From an uncultured Prevotellaceae bacterium (GTDB lineage Bacteria > Bacteroidota > Bacteroidia > Bacteroidales > Bacteroidaceae), in the NCBI GenBank assembly GCA_900313705.1, contig OMSJ01000001.1:15115-79114 (forward strand): a stretch of DNA of 64,000 nt, read 5' to 3'. Shown in pieces: positions 19,455 to 28,665 of this stretch (position 1 is its first letter; the number at the start of each line of letters is the position of its first letter). The notes beneath the pieces were generated by a model. That model searched no databases, was not told the origin of the DNA, and was given only the letters and a program-made list of their open reading frames with translations. Both the position numbers and the translations under genes were made by a program.

Positions 19455-22400
19455 TCATACAGTATCATCCTCGTCGCTATACTCCTCCTCTGCCTCGTCT
19501 TCAGCATCCATGCCGACGCTTCCATAGAGACGGCTCTGCAGGAGTCTGTTGTAGGTATCGAGCTGTCTGACCAGTCCTGGTGTCTTGTCGCAGCCGGCAC
19601 TTTCCAGCACGGTCAAGGCGCTGTGCAACTGATAGAGGTAGTACATGCACTCCCTTTCGCTGATGAGGAGTATCTTGGCTGGCAGGTTCAAGTACCACTC
19701 CAGATACTCTGCGGCCTGGAGAGCCAAAGGATAAGCGATGTCGATAGCTTCCTTCTTCTTGCCCAAGGTGTTCCATACACGCGAGAGCTCAAGCGAGCCG
19801 CTACTGTAGCTATGGGGAACCGTGCTGGCCGGGATGACCTTTTCTGCTTTCGCTACCACACGGGCTGCCTTGTCGAGCTTGCCTTCCTGGACGAGGCGCG
19901 AGGCCAGCATCGAGAAGACGCGACGGTGGGTGCCGCACATGCGCATGACGGTCTCGTCGAGGTAGATACCGGGCTTGTCGATGCCGCCAAAGGCAAAGCG
20001 CGTCATCAGGTTCTCGTACATCTTCTCTGTGTCGATGTCCTTGCCGCTCTTCTTAGTATTGAAGGGCGTGATGCGATAGACGAGACCTTCCTGCACGAAG
20101 AAGTCCTGCACGGTGGCCTTATTCTCGGGGCCGACGGTCATTGCCATGTAGATAGGACGCTCCCAGTTGCACCTGTCAATCATCTCATACATCATCAGTT
20201 CGCTCTTATAGACTGCCCTTTTGCCCCTGAGCCTGATGACCATGTGGTCGGGGATGCTGTCGCCTGCTATCATCATGCCGCTTCTGCGGACGGCCTCCTT
20301 GTCGATGGTGAGGACGATACTGTCGGTGGGAATGAAGCGCAGGTCGGGATTGTCGTTGAGCACCCAGTTGTCTATGATGCTCCTGAGCTCGAATGGATTG
20401 TCACCAAGAAGGTTCTTTAGCGTTTCGGGGTCATCTTTGTACGAATCGACGAGGCGTTCCAAAGTGCCCGGACGGACGCTGATGCCTTCGCGAGTACCTG
20501 CCACGTACTGCAGGCGGCTCCAGTGGATGGGAACAGCCGGAGAGTCGTAAGCCGGACGCTTCATCTGGTCGATGTACCAGTCGGTCTGCAGATAGGAGAG
20601 GTTGCAGACGCGGGCATCGGTGCGGAACTCTTCGGTCTCCTGTGCATACCAGAGTGGGAAGGTGTCGTTGTCGCCGTTGGTATAGATGATGGGATAGTTG
20701 CCCTTCGAGAGCGACTCGAGGTAGTTGCGGCCAAAGTCGCGGCAGGCATAGCGTCCGCTACGGTCGTGGTCGTCCCACGTCTGACCTGCCATCTGAATGG
20801 GCACAAGGATGCAGAGGCAAGAGAGGAGCGCACATGCGGTCTCGTTCTTGAGCAGCTTCTGCAGGTAGTAGGCGAGGCCGGCAACGCCGAGACCTACCCA
20901 TATTGCAAAGGCATAGAAGGAGCCGGCATAAGCATAGTCACGTTCACGCGGCTGCATAGGTGTCTGGTTGAGGTAGAGCACGATGGCAAGGCCGGTCATA
21001 AAGAAGAGGAAGAAGACGATGCCGAACTGCTTCTCTCCTTCGCCCAGGTTCTTCTCGTCGTTCTTGAAGAGCTGCCAGAGGATGCCGATGAGTCCAAGCA
21101 GGAGCGGCAGGCAGTAGAAGACGTTGTGGCCCTTGTTCTCTTTGAGTTCGGTGGGCAGCTTGCTTTGATCGCCCAGTCGCATGTTGTCGAGGAAGGGGAT
21201 ACCTGTTATCCAGTTGCCGTGCTCCCATTCTCCGTTGCCCTGTATATCGTTCTGTCGGCCTGCAAAGTTCCACATGAAGTAGCGCCAGTACATGAAGTTA
21301 ACCTGGTAGCTGAGGAAGAAGCGGAGGTTCTCGAGCTGTGTCGGCATCTTTATCTGCACCATTTCTCCGCAGCGCTCGTAGCTTTTGACGGTTCCCTTCA
21401 CGCCGCCCATCCAGCTCTCGTAGGCTGAGGGATGCGGGTCGGAGGAGCTGTACATGCGGGGGAAGAACATGTTCTGCTGATAGACATAGTCCGTCTTGTA
21501 GCGCTGTATCTCGTAGCGGTCGGGCTCGTCGGGCGTCTGCTTTTCCTTGCGCTGATAGACGGGTGCTCCCTGCTTGCTGACTGGCACGCAGTAGTTGCCT
21601 TCGGGCTTGAGCAGCACCTGACTCGTGTAGGCCGGTCCGTAGAGGAGCGGACGGTCGCCGTACTGTTCGCGGCTCAGGTAGGTGCCCAGCGTGAAGATGT
21701 CCTCGGGCGAGTTCTGGTCCATAGGCGTATTGGCTGCGCTACGGATGACGATGACTGCGTAGGAACTGTAGCCTATCATAATCATCAGCATACAGAGCAA
21801 CGAGGTGTTCATCAGTCGAGCCGATACGAGGTCCTTGCCTTCCTTCTTCCATCGGAGGGCGAGGAAGAGCAGTCCCAGCACGATGACGCCGCAGACGATG
21901 CTCGTCCAGCCATAGCCGTAGAACGGAATGCCCAGCATACCGACGCTCAGCAGGTAGGAGATAATCATGCGGAGACGGCTCTTCTGCTTGATGGTCTCCC
22001 AGATGCTCCAGAGCACGATGCCGACAAGCAGGGCGATATAGATGATGACACCCGTATTGAAAGGCATGTTGAGCGTATTGACGAAGAGCAGTTCGAACCA
22101 TCCGCCGACCTTCACGATGCCCGGCACGATGCCGTAGAGCACGGCTGCGATGAGCAGACCGCTGCCCACGAGGGAGAGCATAGCGCCCTTCATCGTAGCG
22201 TTCTTCACCTTCCTGTAATAGAAGATGAGCACCAGGGCAGGCAGGCAGAGCAGGTTGAGCAGGTGGACGCCGATGCTCAGGCCCGTCAGGTAGGCGATGA
22301 GGATGAGCCAGCGGTCGCTGCCAGGTTCGTCAGCATGGTCCTCCCACTTGAGCATGAGCCAGAAGACAACGGCCGTGAAGAGGCTGCTGTAGGCATACAC

Positions 22401-22835
22401 CTCGCCCTCGACGGCGCTGAACCAGAACGTGTCGCTGAAGGTATAGACCAGAGCGCCGGTCAGGGCGCTGGCTTCCACGATGATGAGCTGAGCCAGCGTC
22501 TGCACCCGTCCGTTCTCGCCCACCAGCTTGCGTGCCAGATGGCTGATACTCCAGAAGAGGAACATGATACAGGCAGCGCTGAAGAGGGCGCTCATGATGT
22601 TAACCATCAAAGCCACCAGCGTTGGGTCGCTCACGAACTGAGTGAAGAGATTGGCCGTAAGCATGAAGAAAGGTGCCCCAGGCGGGTGACCGACTTCCAG
22701 CTTATAGGCTGTGGTGATGAACTCTGGGCAGTCCCAGAAACTGCACGTTGGCTCTACCGTGCTGCAATAGACGTAGGCAGCGATGGCAAAGGTGAGCCAA
22801 CCCATCAGGTTATCGACAAGTCTGAAATGTCTCAT
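19455..22835 (-). CDS. DUF2723 (TMEM260-like) polytopic membrane protein, putative glycosyltransferase
   Basis: 1126 aa. N-terminus STVEPTCSFWDCPEFITTAYKLEVGHPPGAPFFML, many TM helices and a C-terminal soluble TPR-like part. Confidence 0.8.
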   Translation of the reverse strand: MRHFRLVDNLMGWLTFAIAAYVYCSTVEPTCSFWDCPEFITTAYKLEVGHPPGAPFFMLTANLFTQFVSDPTLVALMVNIMSALFSAACIMFLFWSISHLARKLVGENGRVQTLAQLIIVEASALTGALVYTFSDTFWFSAVEGEVYAYSSLFTAVVFWLMLKWEDHADEPGSDRWLILIAYLTGLSIGVHLLNLLCLPALVLIFYYRKVKNATMKGAMLSLVGSGLLIAAVLYGIVPGIVKVGGWFELLFVNTLNMPFNTGVIIYIALLVGIVLWSIWETIKQKSRLRMIISYLLSVGMLGIPFYGYGWTSIVCGVIVLGLLFLALRWKKEGKDLVSARLMNTSLLCMLMIMIGYSSYAVIVIRSAANTPMDQNSPEDIFTLGTYLSREQYGDRPLLYGPAYTSQVLLKPEGNYCVPVSKQGAPVYQRKEKQTPDEPDRYEIQRYKTDYVYQQNMFFPRMYSSSDPHPSAYESWMGGVKGTVKSYERCGEMVQIKMPTQLENLRFFLSYQVNFMYWRYFMWNFAGRQNDIQGNGEWEHGNWITGIPFLDNMRLGDQSKLPTELKENKGHNVFYCLPLLLGLIGILWQLFKNDEKNLGEGEKQFGIVFFLFFMTGLAIVLYLNQTPMQPRERDYAYAGSFYAFAIWVGLGVAGLAYYLQKLLKNETACALLSCLCILVPIQMAGQTWDDHDRSGRYACRDFGRNYLESLSKGNYPIIYTNGDNDTFPLWYAQETEEFRTDARVCNLSYLQTDWYIDQMKRPAYDSPAVPIHWSRLQYVAGTREGISVRPGTLERLVDSYKDDPETLKNLLGDNPFELRSIIDNWVLNDNPDLRFIPTDSIVLTIDKEAVRRSGMMIAGDSIPDHMVIRLRGKRAVYKSELMMYEMIDRCNWERPIYMAMTVGPENKATVQDFFVQEGLVYRITPFNTKKSGKDIDTEKMYENLMTRFAFGGIDKPGIYLDETVMRMCGTHRRVFSMLASRLVQEGKLDKAARVVAKAEKVIPASTVPHSYSSGSLELSRVWNTLGKKKEAIDIAYPLALQAAEYLEWYLNLPAKILLISERECMYYLYQLHSALTVLESAGCDKTPGLVRQLDTYNRLLQSRLYGSVGMDAEDEAEEEYSDEDDTV

Positions 22836-22876
22836 TCTCGTTCCTTATATTATATAGATATGTGTAAAATTCCGCG

Positions 22877-22884
22877 CAAAGGTA
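22877..22884 (-). promoter_or_regulatory. -7 box TACCTTTG for the DUF2723 gene
   Basis: Reverse complement of CAAAGGTA, about 42 nt upstream of the ATG at 22835. Confidence 0.55.
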
Positions 22885-23013
22885 CGACAATTTTGCAATA
22901 AAAGCAACCTTGAGGCACGAAAACTCAACATTATTGAAATCTTTTAGCTTTTCAGGCGGCAAACAGGGCACAGACGGATGCCTGACTAAGCAGGCTCTTG
23001 TCACAAAGTAAGC

Positions 23014-23090
23014 GTACCTACTTCATCAATTAGGTGTACCTACTTCGTCAATTAGCTGTACCTACTTCGTCAATTAGCTGTACCTTCATT
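23014..23090. repeat. 22-bp tandem repeat x3.5 (GTACCTACTTCGTCAATTAGCT)
   Basis: Units at 23014, 23036 and 23058, with a partial unit at 23080. Sits between the DUF2723 promoter and the tRNA-Leu promoter. Confidence 0.9.
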
Positions 23091-23211
23091 TCAGGCTGGG
23101 TTTGCCGCGCGTAGCGACCAGGATGGGGTCACAAGCCCGCCATTTGCGGCTGGATGCGGACGCGCCTGAAGGTAATTATGCCGATTGACGTTAAAAAAAT
23201 TCGTCTTTCGC

Positions 23212-23242
23212 TTTGACGTTTAGCTAAAAAAGTGTAACTTTG
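23212..23242 (+). promoter_or_regulatory. tRNA-Leu promoter: -33 TTTG and -7 TAACTTTG
   Basis: TTTG at 23212-23215 and TAACTTTG at 23235-23242, with a 19-bp spacer. The tRNA 5' end is 15 nt downstream. Confidence 0.7.
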
Positions 23243-23256
23243 CACACGCTTAAATT

Positions 23257-23338
23257 GCGCTTGTGGTGGAATTGGTAGACACGCCAGACTTAGGATCTGG
23301 TGCCGAAAGGCGTGTAAGTTCGAGTCTTATCAGGCGTA
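23257..23338 (+). tRNA. tRNA-Leu (anticodon UAG), class II with long variable arm
   Basis: Cloverleaf read by eye. Acceptor GCGCTTG/CAGGCGT, anticodon stem CCAGA/TCTGG with loop CTTAGGA, variable arm TGCCGAAAGGCGT, T arm GTAAG-TTCGAGT-CTTAT. CCA is not encoded. Ends are accurate to about 2 nt. Confidence 0.9.
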
Positions 23339-23404
23339 CAAAACAACAAAACAAGACTGAAGGATTGACTTTTCAGGATTTAGCTTTACAGGTAACAGTA
23401 TTCT

Positions 23405-25537
23405 ATGGTAAATGGTAAATTGATTAGCAACTTGAAGCACGCGCTGTTTAGCTGTGCTTCCGTCATTTGTATTGCAGGCGCCATGCTGACTGCCGCCTGC
23501 ACGGAGGACATCGACACCTCTTCACGATATGTCTTCACGGAACGCACCATAGCCAGCTATCTCGAGGACCATCCGCAATTCAGCGAATACGTGCGGCTGC
23601 TGAAGGAGCAGAAAGTAAGCGACGTCAGCGAGACCACCGTCTATCAGCTCCTCACCGCATACGGCTACTACACCTGCTTCGCGCCCACCAACGACGCCAT
23701 TCAGCTCTACCTGGACTCGCTTGCCATCAAGGGCATCATCCCCGAAGCCAGTTGGGACGCCTTTGCCCGCGAGAGAGACCGCGACAGCATCCGGGCCGTC
23801 ATCGTGCTCAACAGTATTCTCGACGGCACCAATTCCGAGATGAAATTCTATTCGGCTGAATTCCCCAAGACCAACGAGGAGTTTGAAATCAACACAATGG
23901 CCGACCGCAAGATAAGCGCCTCCTATCCCAACAAGAACGACATGGACAGCGTCTGCATCGACGGTATCTGCCCCGTATCGAAGAAGAACCGCGACATCGA
24001 GACCATCAACGGATGCATCCACCAAATAGGCTATGTCATCAATCCCAGCAACGAAACGCTCGGCAGCACGATGCACAAGTTCTCCCGCGACTTCAAGTCG
24101 GGACTCAGCGTGATGGGAAAACTGATAGAGGCTTGCGGACTGACGGACACTCTCAGCGCCGTGAGGGACGAACGCTATGAGAAGCTTTACAAGACGGGAG
24201 CCTTCCCAAGCTTCAACTGGCAGTTGCGCTCCTGGCCTATACCTGCCCCTGAGCATCGCAAGTATGGATACACCCTCTTTGCCGAAACCGACGAGTTCTG
24301 GGAGGAACAACTCGGCAAGGAACGTCAGGACATCTCCGTCAAGGACGTCGTGACATGGCTTGAGAACCAGGGCTACTACCCCGAGGCTGTCAACGACGAA
24401 AACTATCAGGACAATAACAATTTGCTCAACCAGTTCGTCACATACCACCTGCTGCCCGAGCGAGTTCCCGTTGACAAACTTGTCCTGCACTACAACGAAA
24501 AGGGCTTCAACTACAGGAACAAAACCGCAAAACCCACGGTTCCCGTCTGGACTCACTACATCACAATGGGCAAACGTCGCCTGCTTCGTGCATGGGAAAG
24601 TAGTGAAAGCCAAGGCATTTACCTCAACCGTTTCCCAAAACTCTACAATGGCCGTCGGGAAGACTACCACGAGATGGAGTGCAGCGAGGAGAACAAAGGT
24701 GTGGAAATCAAAACGGACGATGCATCCGGCATCATCAAGCTCATCAACGGCATGATATACCCCATCCACGAACCCATCGCTTATACAGAGCATGTTCGCA
24801 ATCAGCTTGCCAAGGAGCGACTGCGCTACGATGCATGGGAACTGCAGCCGGAAGCCATGAACAACGACATGCGACTCGTCAGCCGTACAGACGCATGCTG
24901 GTACTTCTCCAGCGACCCCGACAAACAATACTTCGACAACCTTGTCGTCAACAGCAAGCAAACCAGGTTCATGTTGCTGTCCGGTCGCGACCAGAGCTGG
25001 CCGAACTATCAGGGCGACGAAGTGCTGGCAGAGGGTGTCTATGACATAACCATCACTTGCCCGCCTGTCCCCAAGACCGGAGTCTATGAGATACGCATGG
25101 GCGTATCAACGTATAGTGGCACGCGAGGCATCTGTCAGGTCTACTGGGGCTCACACAGAGACAAGCTCGTCGCTCAAGGCATCCCCGTCAACATGCAGTT
25201 GGGTGGTAACAGCGAAGACAACCTGCTGGGTTGGGAACGCGATACCGACGACGACGACTACAACGCCGAAGTGGACAAGAAGATGCGTAACAACGGCTTC
25301 ATGAAAGGACCTGAATACATCGTGGCCAGCGCCGGCGGAACCGAGACAAACCGCATGAATGCAGGCTCGACAAGGCGTATCGTCGTACGCGAACAGATGC
25401 AGGCCGACGTCGTTTACTACATGCGCTTCAAGACCGTGCAGTCCAACTACACGACAAAACAACTATTCGTCGATTACCTCGAATGGTGTCCCAAGGAAGT
25501 TTACGACAACCCCGAACATCCAGAAGACATTTGGTAA
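23405..25537 (+). CDS. Fasciclin (FAS1) domain-containing lipoprotein
   Basis: 710 aa. Lipobox MLTAAC and FAS1 signature YTCFAPTNDAIQLYL. The rest has no motif I recognise. Confidence 0.65.
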   Translation: MVNGKLISNLKHALFSCASVICIAGAMLTAACTEDIDTSSRYVFTERTIASYLEDHPQFSEYVRLLKEQKVSDVSETTVYQLLTAYGYYTCFAPTNDAIQLYLDSLAIKGIIPEASWDAFARERDRDSIRAVIVLNSILDGTNSEMKFYSAEFPKTNEEFEINTMADRKISASYPNKNDMDSVCIDGICPVSKKNRDIETINGCIHQIGYVINPSNETLGSTMHKFSRDFKSGLSVMGKLIEACGLTDTLSAVRDERYEKLYKTGAFPSFNWQLRSWPIPAPEHRKYGYTLFAETDEFWEEQLGKERQDISVKDVVTWLENQGYYPEAVNDENYQDNNNLLNQFVTYHLLPERVPVDKLVLHYNEKGFNYRNKTAKPTVPVWTHYITMGKRRLLRAWESSESQGIYLNRFPKLYNGRREDYHEMECSEENKGVEIKTDDASGIIKLINGMIYPIHEPIAYTEHVRNQLAKERLRYDAWELQPEAMNNDMRLVSRTDACWYFSSDPDKQYFDNLVVNSKQTRFMLLSGRDQSWPNYQGDEVLAEGVYDITITCPPVPKTGVYEIRMGVSTYSGTRGICQVYWGSHRDKLVAQGIPVNMQLGGNSEDNLLGWERDTDDDDYNAEVDKKMRNNGFMKGPEYIVASAGGTETNRMNAGSTRRIVVREQMQADVVYYMRFKTVQSNYTTKQLFVDYLEWCPKEVYDNPEHPEDIW

Positions 25538-25568
25538 AGCATGACCCAGTACAGGGCCTGAATCATCA

Positions 25569-26951
25569 ATGAAAAGACATATATTATTCTTAATCCTTCT
25601 CCTTTGCGCTTGCATCCCTGCCAGCTCACAGCAGAAGAACGACCAACTGTGGCAACGCGCCGAGAGTGAGGCTGCCGCAGGGAAGTACAAGGAAGCCTTC
25701 GAACATCTGCGCGACTTCGAACACGCCATTTCTGCCAACCCCAACCTCAGCGACAACGCCAAGGCTGCCGCGCGCTACAAGGCCATGCGGACACGCATGA
25801 ACATGTACATCAGGATGCACAGGCCGCAAAACGCGCTGGAGCAAATAGAGAAGATGGAGCAACTGGCCAAAGCTTCTGCCGACGTCTCAGTACAGAACGA
25901 CCTGCTCTACAACAAGGCCATCTTCTATTATACCGTCGGGCAGACGGACAAAGGCAACGCCGTCTTCAAGGAGATGACCACCAAACTCACCGCATCGAAA
26001 GACTACGGCAAGGTTGACGAAGTCTATAAGACGCTCATAGAGAATGGCCGGAAGTCCGGTAGTGCCAGCATGGTAGCACAGGCCTACAGCGGATACATCG
26101 CATGGAAAGACTCCGCCAACGCCATGAAAGTTGCCGACGAGACCAACGCCCTGAAGCAGCAAATCCAGGCGGGCGAACAGTCCATAGCAGAGAAGGACAG
26201 CTCCCTGGCTTCGCGACTGCACATCATCTATGCACTCTGCACCCTGCTTGCCATCCTGGTGGCAGCACTCGTTGCCTGTGCGCTCCTGCTCATCCGCTTT
26301 GTCTATCTCACCCGGAAGCAAAAGAAGACCATCCGAGTCCTCAACGAGAACATCGCCCTGAAAGCCAAGTTCACAAGCAACATCTCAGCACAGTTGACAC
26401 CAGCCTTGCAGAAGCTCTCAGGCAACCAGCCGGAGGTAAAAGCCCTGCTCGACTTTTCCAACCACATCCAGACCCTCTCCCAACTGGAGACAAGCACGGG
26501 CGAGACGCTGGAGAAGGAAGAGATTGCCCTGCACGACTTCTCAGAGAAACTCATGGACAAGATCAAGGACAAAGTCCGGAGCGGCGTAGTCCTGAGCACA
26601 GAAGTGCCCAAGATGACCGCCACCTTCAACAAGGACATGGTCACACACATCCTGAACCATCTGCTCATGGGCGCTGCCGAGCATACCCCCGAGGGCGGCC
26701 ACATCCGCCTGGAGTTCAAGAAGCGGAGCGTACACAAGTTCCAGTTCATCGTCTCCAACACAGGCCCCGTCATCCCGGAGGAAATGCGCGAGAACATCTT
26801 CAAGCCCTTTGTCGAAGTCAAGGACCTTACCACAGGCGATGGCCTTGGACTGCCCATCTGCCAACAGATGGCCATGAAGATGGACGGCGAGCTCCACATC
26901 GACCCCGAGTTCACCAAAGGCACACGCTTCGTCCTCAGCATCAACGCCTGA
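25569..26951 (+). CDS. Histidine-kinase-like ATPase membrane protein (degenerate H-box)
   Basis: 460 aa. Signal peptide, helical TPR-like periplasmic part and one TM helix. The DHp-like segment FTSNISAQLTPAL sits where kinases have SNMSHEIRTPL. The HATPase_c G-boxes are intact (GDGLGLPICQQMA). Confidence 0.75.
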   Translation: MKRHILFLILLLCACIPASSQQKNDQLWQRAESEAAAGKYKEAFEHLRDFEHAISANPNLSDNAKAAARYKAMRTRMNMYIRMHRPQNALEQIEKMEQLAKASADVSVQNDLLYNKAIFYYTVGQTDKGNAVFKEMTTKLTASKDYGKVDEVYKTLIENGRKSGSASMVAQAYSGYIAWKDSANAMKVADETNALKQQIQAGEQSIAEKDSSLASRLHIIYALCTLLAILVAALVACALLLIRFVYLTRKQKKTIRVLNENIALKAKFTSNISAQLTPALQKLSGNQPEVKALLDFSNHIQTLSQLETSTGETLEKEEIALHDFSEKLMDKIKDKVRSGVVLSTEVPKMTATFNKDMVTHILNHLLMGAAEHTPEGGHIRLEFKKRSVHKFQFIVSNTGPVIPEEMRENIFKPFVEVKDLTTGDGLGLPICQQMAMKMDGELHIDPEFTKGTRFVLSINA

Positions 26952-27063
26952 CGGCACCATCATTCCCCCTATCAACTCTTTACATCTCCTTCATGCCCTC
27001 CAAACGGTCAGTTATAGAGGAGAAAGCACAGAGTATCGCAAAACGCAGTACCCCCATGGAAAG

Positions 27064-27146
27064 AAGTACGTGTACTTGTTGCCATAAGTACGTGTACTTA
27101 TCCGAATAACTACGTGTACTTATCCCCATAAGTACGTGTACTTATC
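27064..27146 (+). repeat. 22-bp tandem repeat x4 (GTACGTGTACTTATCCnnATAA), locus A
   Basis: Unit starts at 27066, 27088, 27110 and 27132, an exact 22-bp phase. Confidence 0.9.
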
Positions 27147-27199
27147 TGACCACTTCCCGAGAGGGGAGCAAGGAGGGGCTTTTGCAGAATATCAAAAGA

Positions 27200-27281
27200 C
27201 GGATTACACGAATCCCACGGACTAACCTGCTACTGACTATCAGTATTGGTTAAACCCGTGGGATTCGTGTAATCCGCTTTT
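27200..27281. terminator. Bidirectional intrinsic terminator-like hairpin (21-bp perfect stem)
   Basis: CGGATTACACGAATCCCACGG (27200-27220) pairs perfectly with CCGTGGGATTCGTGTAATCCG (27256-27276). CTTTTT follows on + and CTTTTG on -. It sits between convergent genes. Confidence 0.7.
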
Positions 27282-27350
27282 TATATATCATCTGTAATAC
27301 GAGACGCGCTCTCCTTACATTATTATATATAATATGTATATCGTCTGCCA

Positions 27351-28568
27351 CTAAATGCCGAGCTTCTGACGGATGTCAGCAGGGATGGCATTCTTGTTGA
27401 TGACGATGTTCATGGTCTTGTAGGCTGCATAAGCCTGGCTGACGTACCAGAAGCCCTTGAAGGGACCGCTCTCGCCCCAAGAGTTCTTCATCATGAAGTA
27501 CTCCTTGCCGTACTGATCCTTAGCGAGACCATAGATCTGCATACCGTGGTCGTCGGTCGTCTCCCAGTTGTCATAAGCCTCTTGACGCATCTCAGGCGTA
27601 ATGGTCTTCTCAGCATTGGCGCTGACAATCTCGACCTTCTCTGAGGCCTTCTCGCCTGTCCAGCGTGCCTGGTCGCTGCCCACACCTGCCTTGAACTTCG
27701 TGTCGGGCACCATAGCTACGCTCTTGTTCTTGCCGCTGCGACGGCTGAAACCGTCCTCGCTGACGTCGGCACCCCAAGCGAATGTCCAGCCATTCTTGAC
27801 CGATTCGTACATCACACGCATCAGGTCGTCGAGGGGCAGGTTGTAGCTGCTTGCCCAGCGCCAGTTGTCTTCAATCTCCAGGATGAAGCTGCTCCAGTAG
27901 GGATGGTGCGTGTAGCTGGTCAGGCTGACATAGTCATTGGGGTCGAGGGTCAGATAATCCTTGACGAAGGACTGCGGCGTATAGCGCTTGCCTTTGTACT
28001 CGAACTCGGTGGGGCACTGGCCGAAGTAGCTGTCGAGCATAGCCTGCAGCGCGGACTTCCAAGCCTTCGGATAGATCTTCTTGGCGCCGCTCTTGCTGAT
28101 GCTCTGCAGATAAGCCGTCATCGGGGGGAAGAGCTGGCCGAAGTTGAAGAGGGAGTCGCCGTACTCGGTGATGGGATAAGGCATGATGCCCTCGGGGATG
28201 AGTCCGTAGTGCTCCATGCAGTAGAGGGCATCCTCGAAGCTACCGCCCTGGCTGAAGCTGGCGTCGCCGTGAGTGCGGACATGCTTGTCGGCACGATCGA
28301 CGTAAGTCTTGCTGATAAGGAATGACTCGCAGAGGTCGAGGTCACCCTTCATCTCGGGGTGCTTCTTGATGACCTCACTCTCCAGGAAAGCCAGCGAAGA
28401 ATAAGCCCAGCAAGTACCGCTGCTGTTCTGGTTCTTGATGCTTGTTACGGGTTGCTCCACGATGGTAGTGAAGATGAGGCTGTCCTTGTCTGCCTTCTTC
28501 TCCTTGTCCTTTGCAGCTGCAGGAATGACGAACAAAGCGGCTGCAGCAAGTGCGATGAGTTTTTTCAT
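27351..28568 (-). CDS. C1-family cysteine peptidase (aminopeptidase C-like, secreted)
   Basis: 405 aa with a signal peptide. Catalytic Cys motif QNSSGTCWAYSS and C-terminal NSWG. Confidence 0.85.
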   Translation of the reverse strand: MKKLIALAAAALFVIPAAAKDKEKKADKDSLIFTTIVEQPVTSIKNQNSSGTCWAYSSLAFLESEVIKKHPEMKGDLDLCESFLISKTYVDRADKHVRTHGDASFSQGGSFEDALYCMEHYGLIPEGIMPYPITEYGDSLFNFGQLFPPMTAYLQSISKSGAKKIYPKAWKSALQAMLDSYFGQCPTEFEYKGKRYTPQSFVKDYLTLDPNDYVSLTSYTHHPYWSSFILEIEDNWRWASSYNLPLDDLMRVMYESVKNGWTFAWGADVSEDGFSRRSGKNKSVAMVPDTKFKAGVGSDQARWTGEKASEKVEIVSANAEKTITPEMRQEAYDNWETTDDHGMQIYGLAKDQYGKEYFMMKNSWGESGPFKGFWYVSQAYAAYKTMNIVINKNAIPADIRQKLGI

Positions 28569-28608
28569 TTGGTTTATAATTATTTATTATTGTTTTTATG
28601 CTATTTTG

Positions 28609-28665
28609 TCCTCCCCCTTTGGGGGTCGGGAGGTACTTCCTCCCCCTAAAGGGGGCTGGGGGGTC
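28609..28665. repeat. Intergenic double-hairpin element (CCCCCTTTGGGGG / CCCCCTAAAGGGGG)
   Basis: CCTCCCCCTTTGGGGGTCGGGAGGTACTTCCTCCCCCTAAAGGGGGCTGGGGGGTC. It abuts the stop codon of the M24 peptidase gene. Confidence 0.8.

Noticed and set aside
21432-22901. 489-aa ORF on the plus strand (also 19407-20420 and 20523-21428)
   Set aside because: All three lie antisense to the 1126-aa DUF2723 membrane protein, which has a coherent TM topology. Their sequences are Asp/Glu/Ala/Val-rich mirror products.
26102-27109. 335-aa alternative-frame ORF overlapping the kinase-like gene and running into the GTAC array
   Set aside because: It is extremely Arg/His/Pro-rich and out of frame with a gene that has clear HATPase motifs. 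It is a frame artefact.
27064-27146. Possible CRISPR arrays (this locus, 37886-37968, 23014-23090 and the heptamer arrays)
   Set aside because: The units abut each other at a 7-22 bp period with no unique 25-40 bp spacers, and there are no cas genes in the window. They are tandem repeats, not CRISPR.
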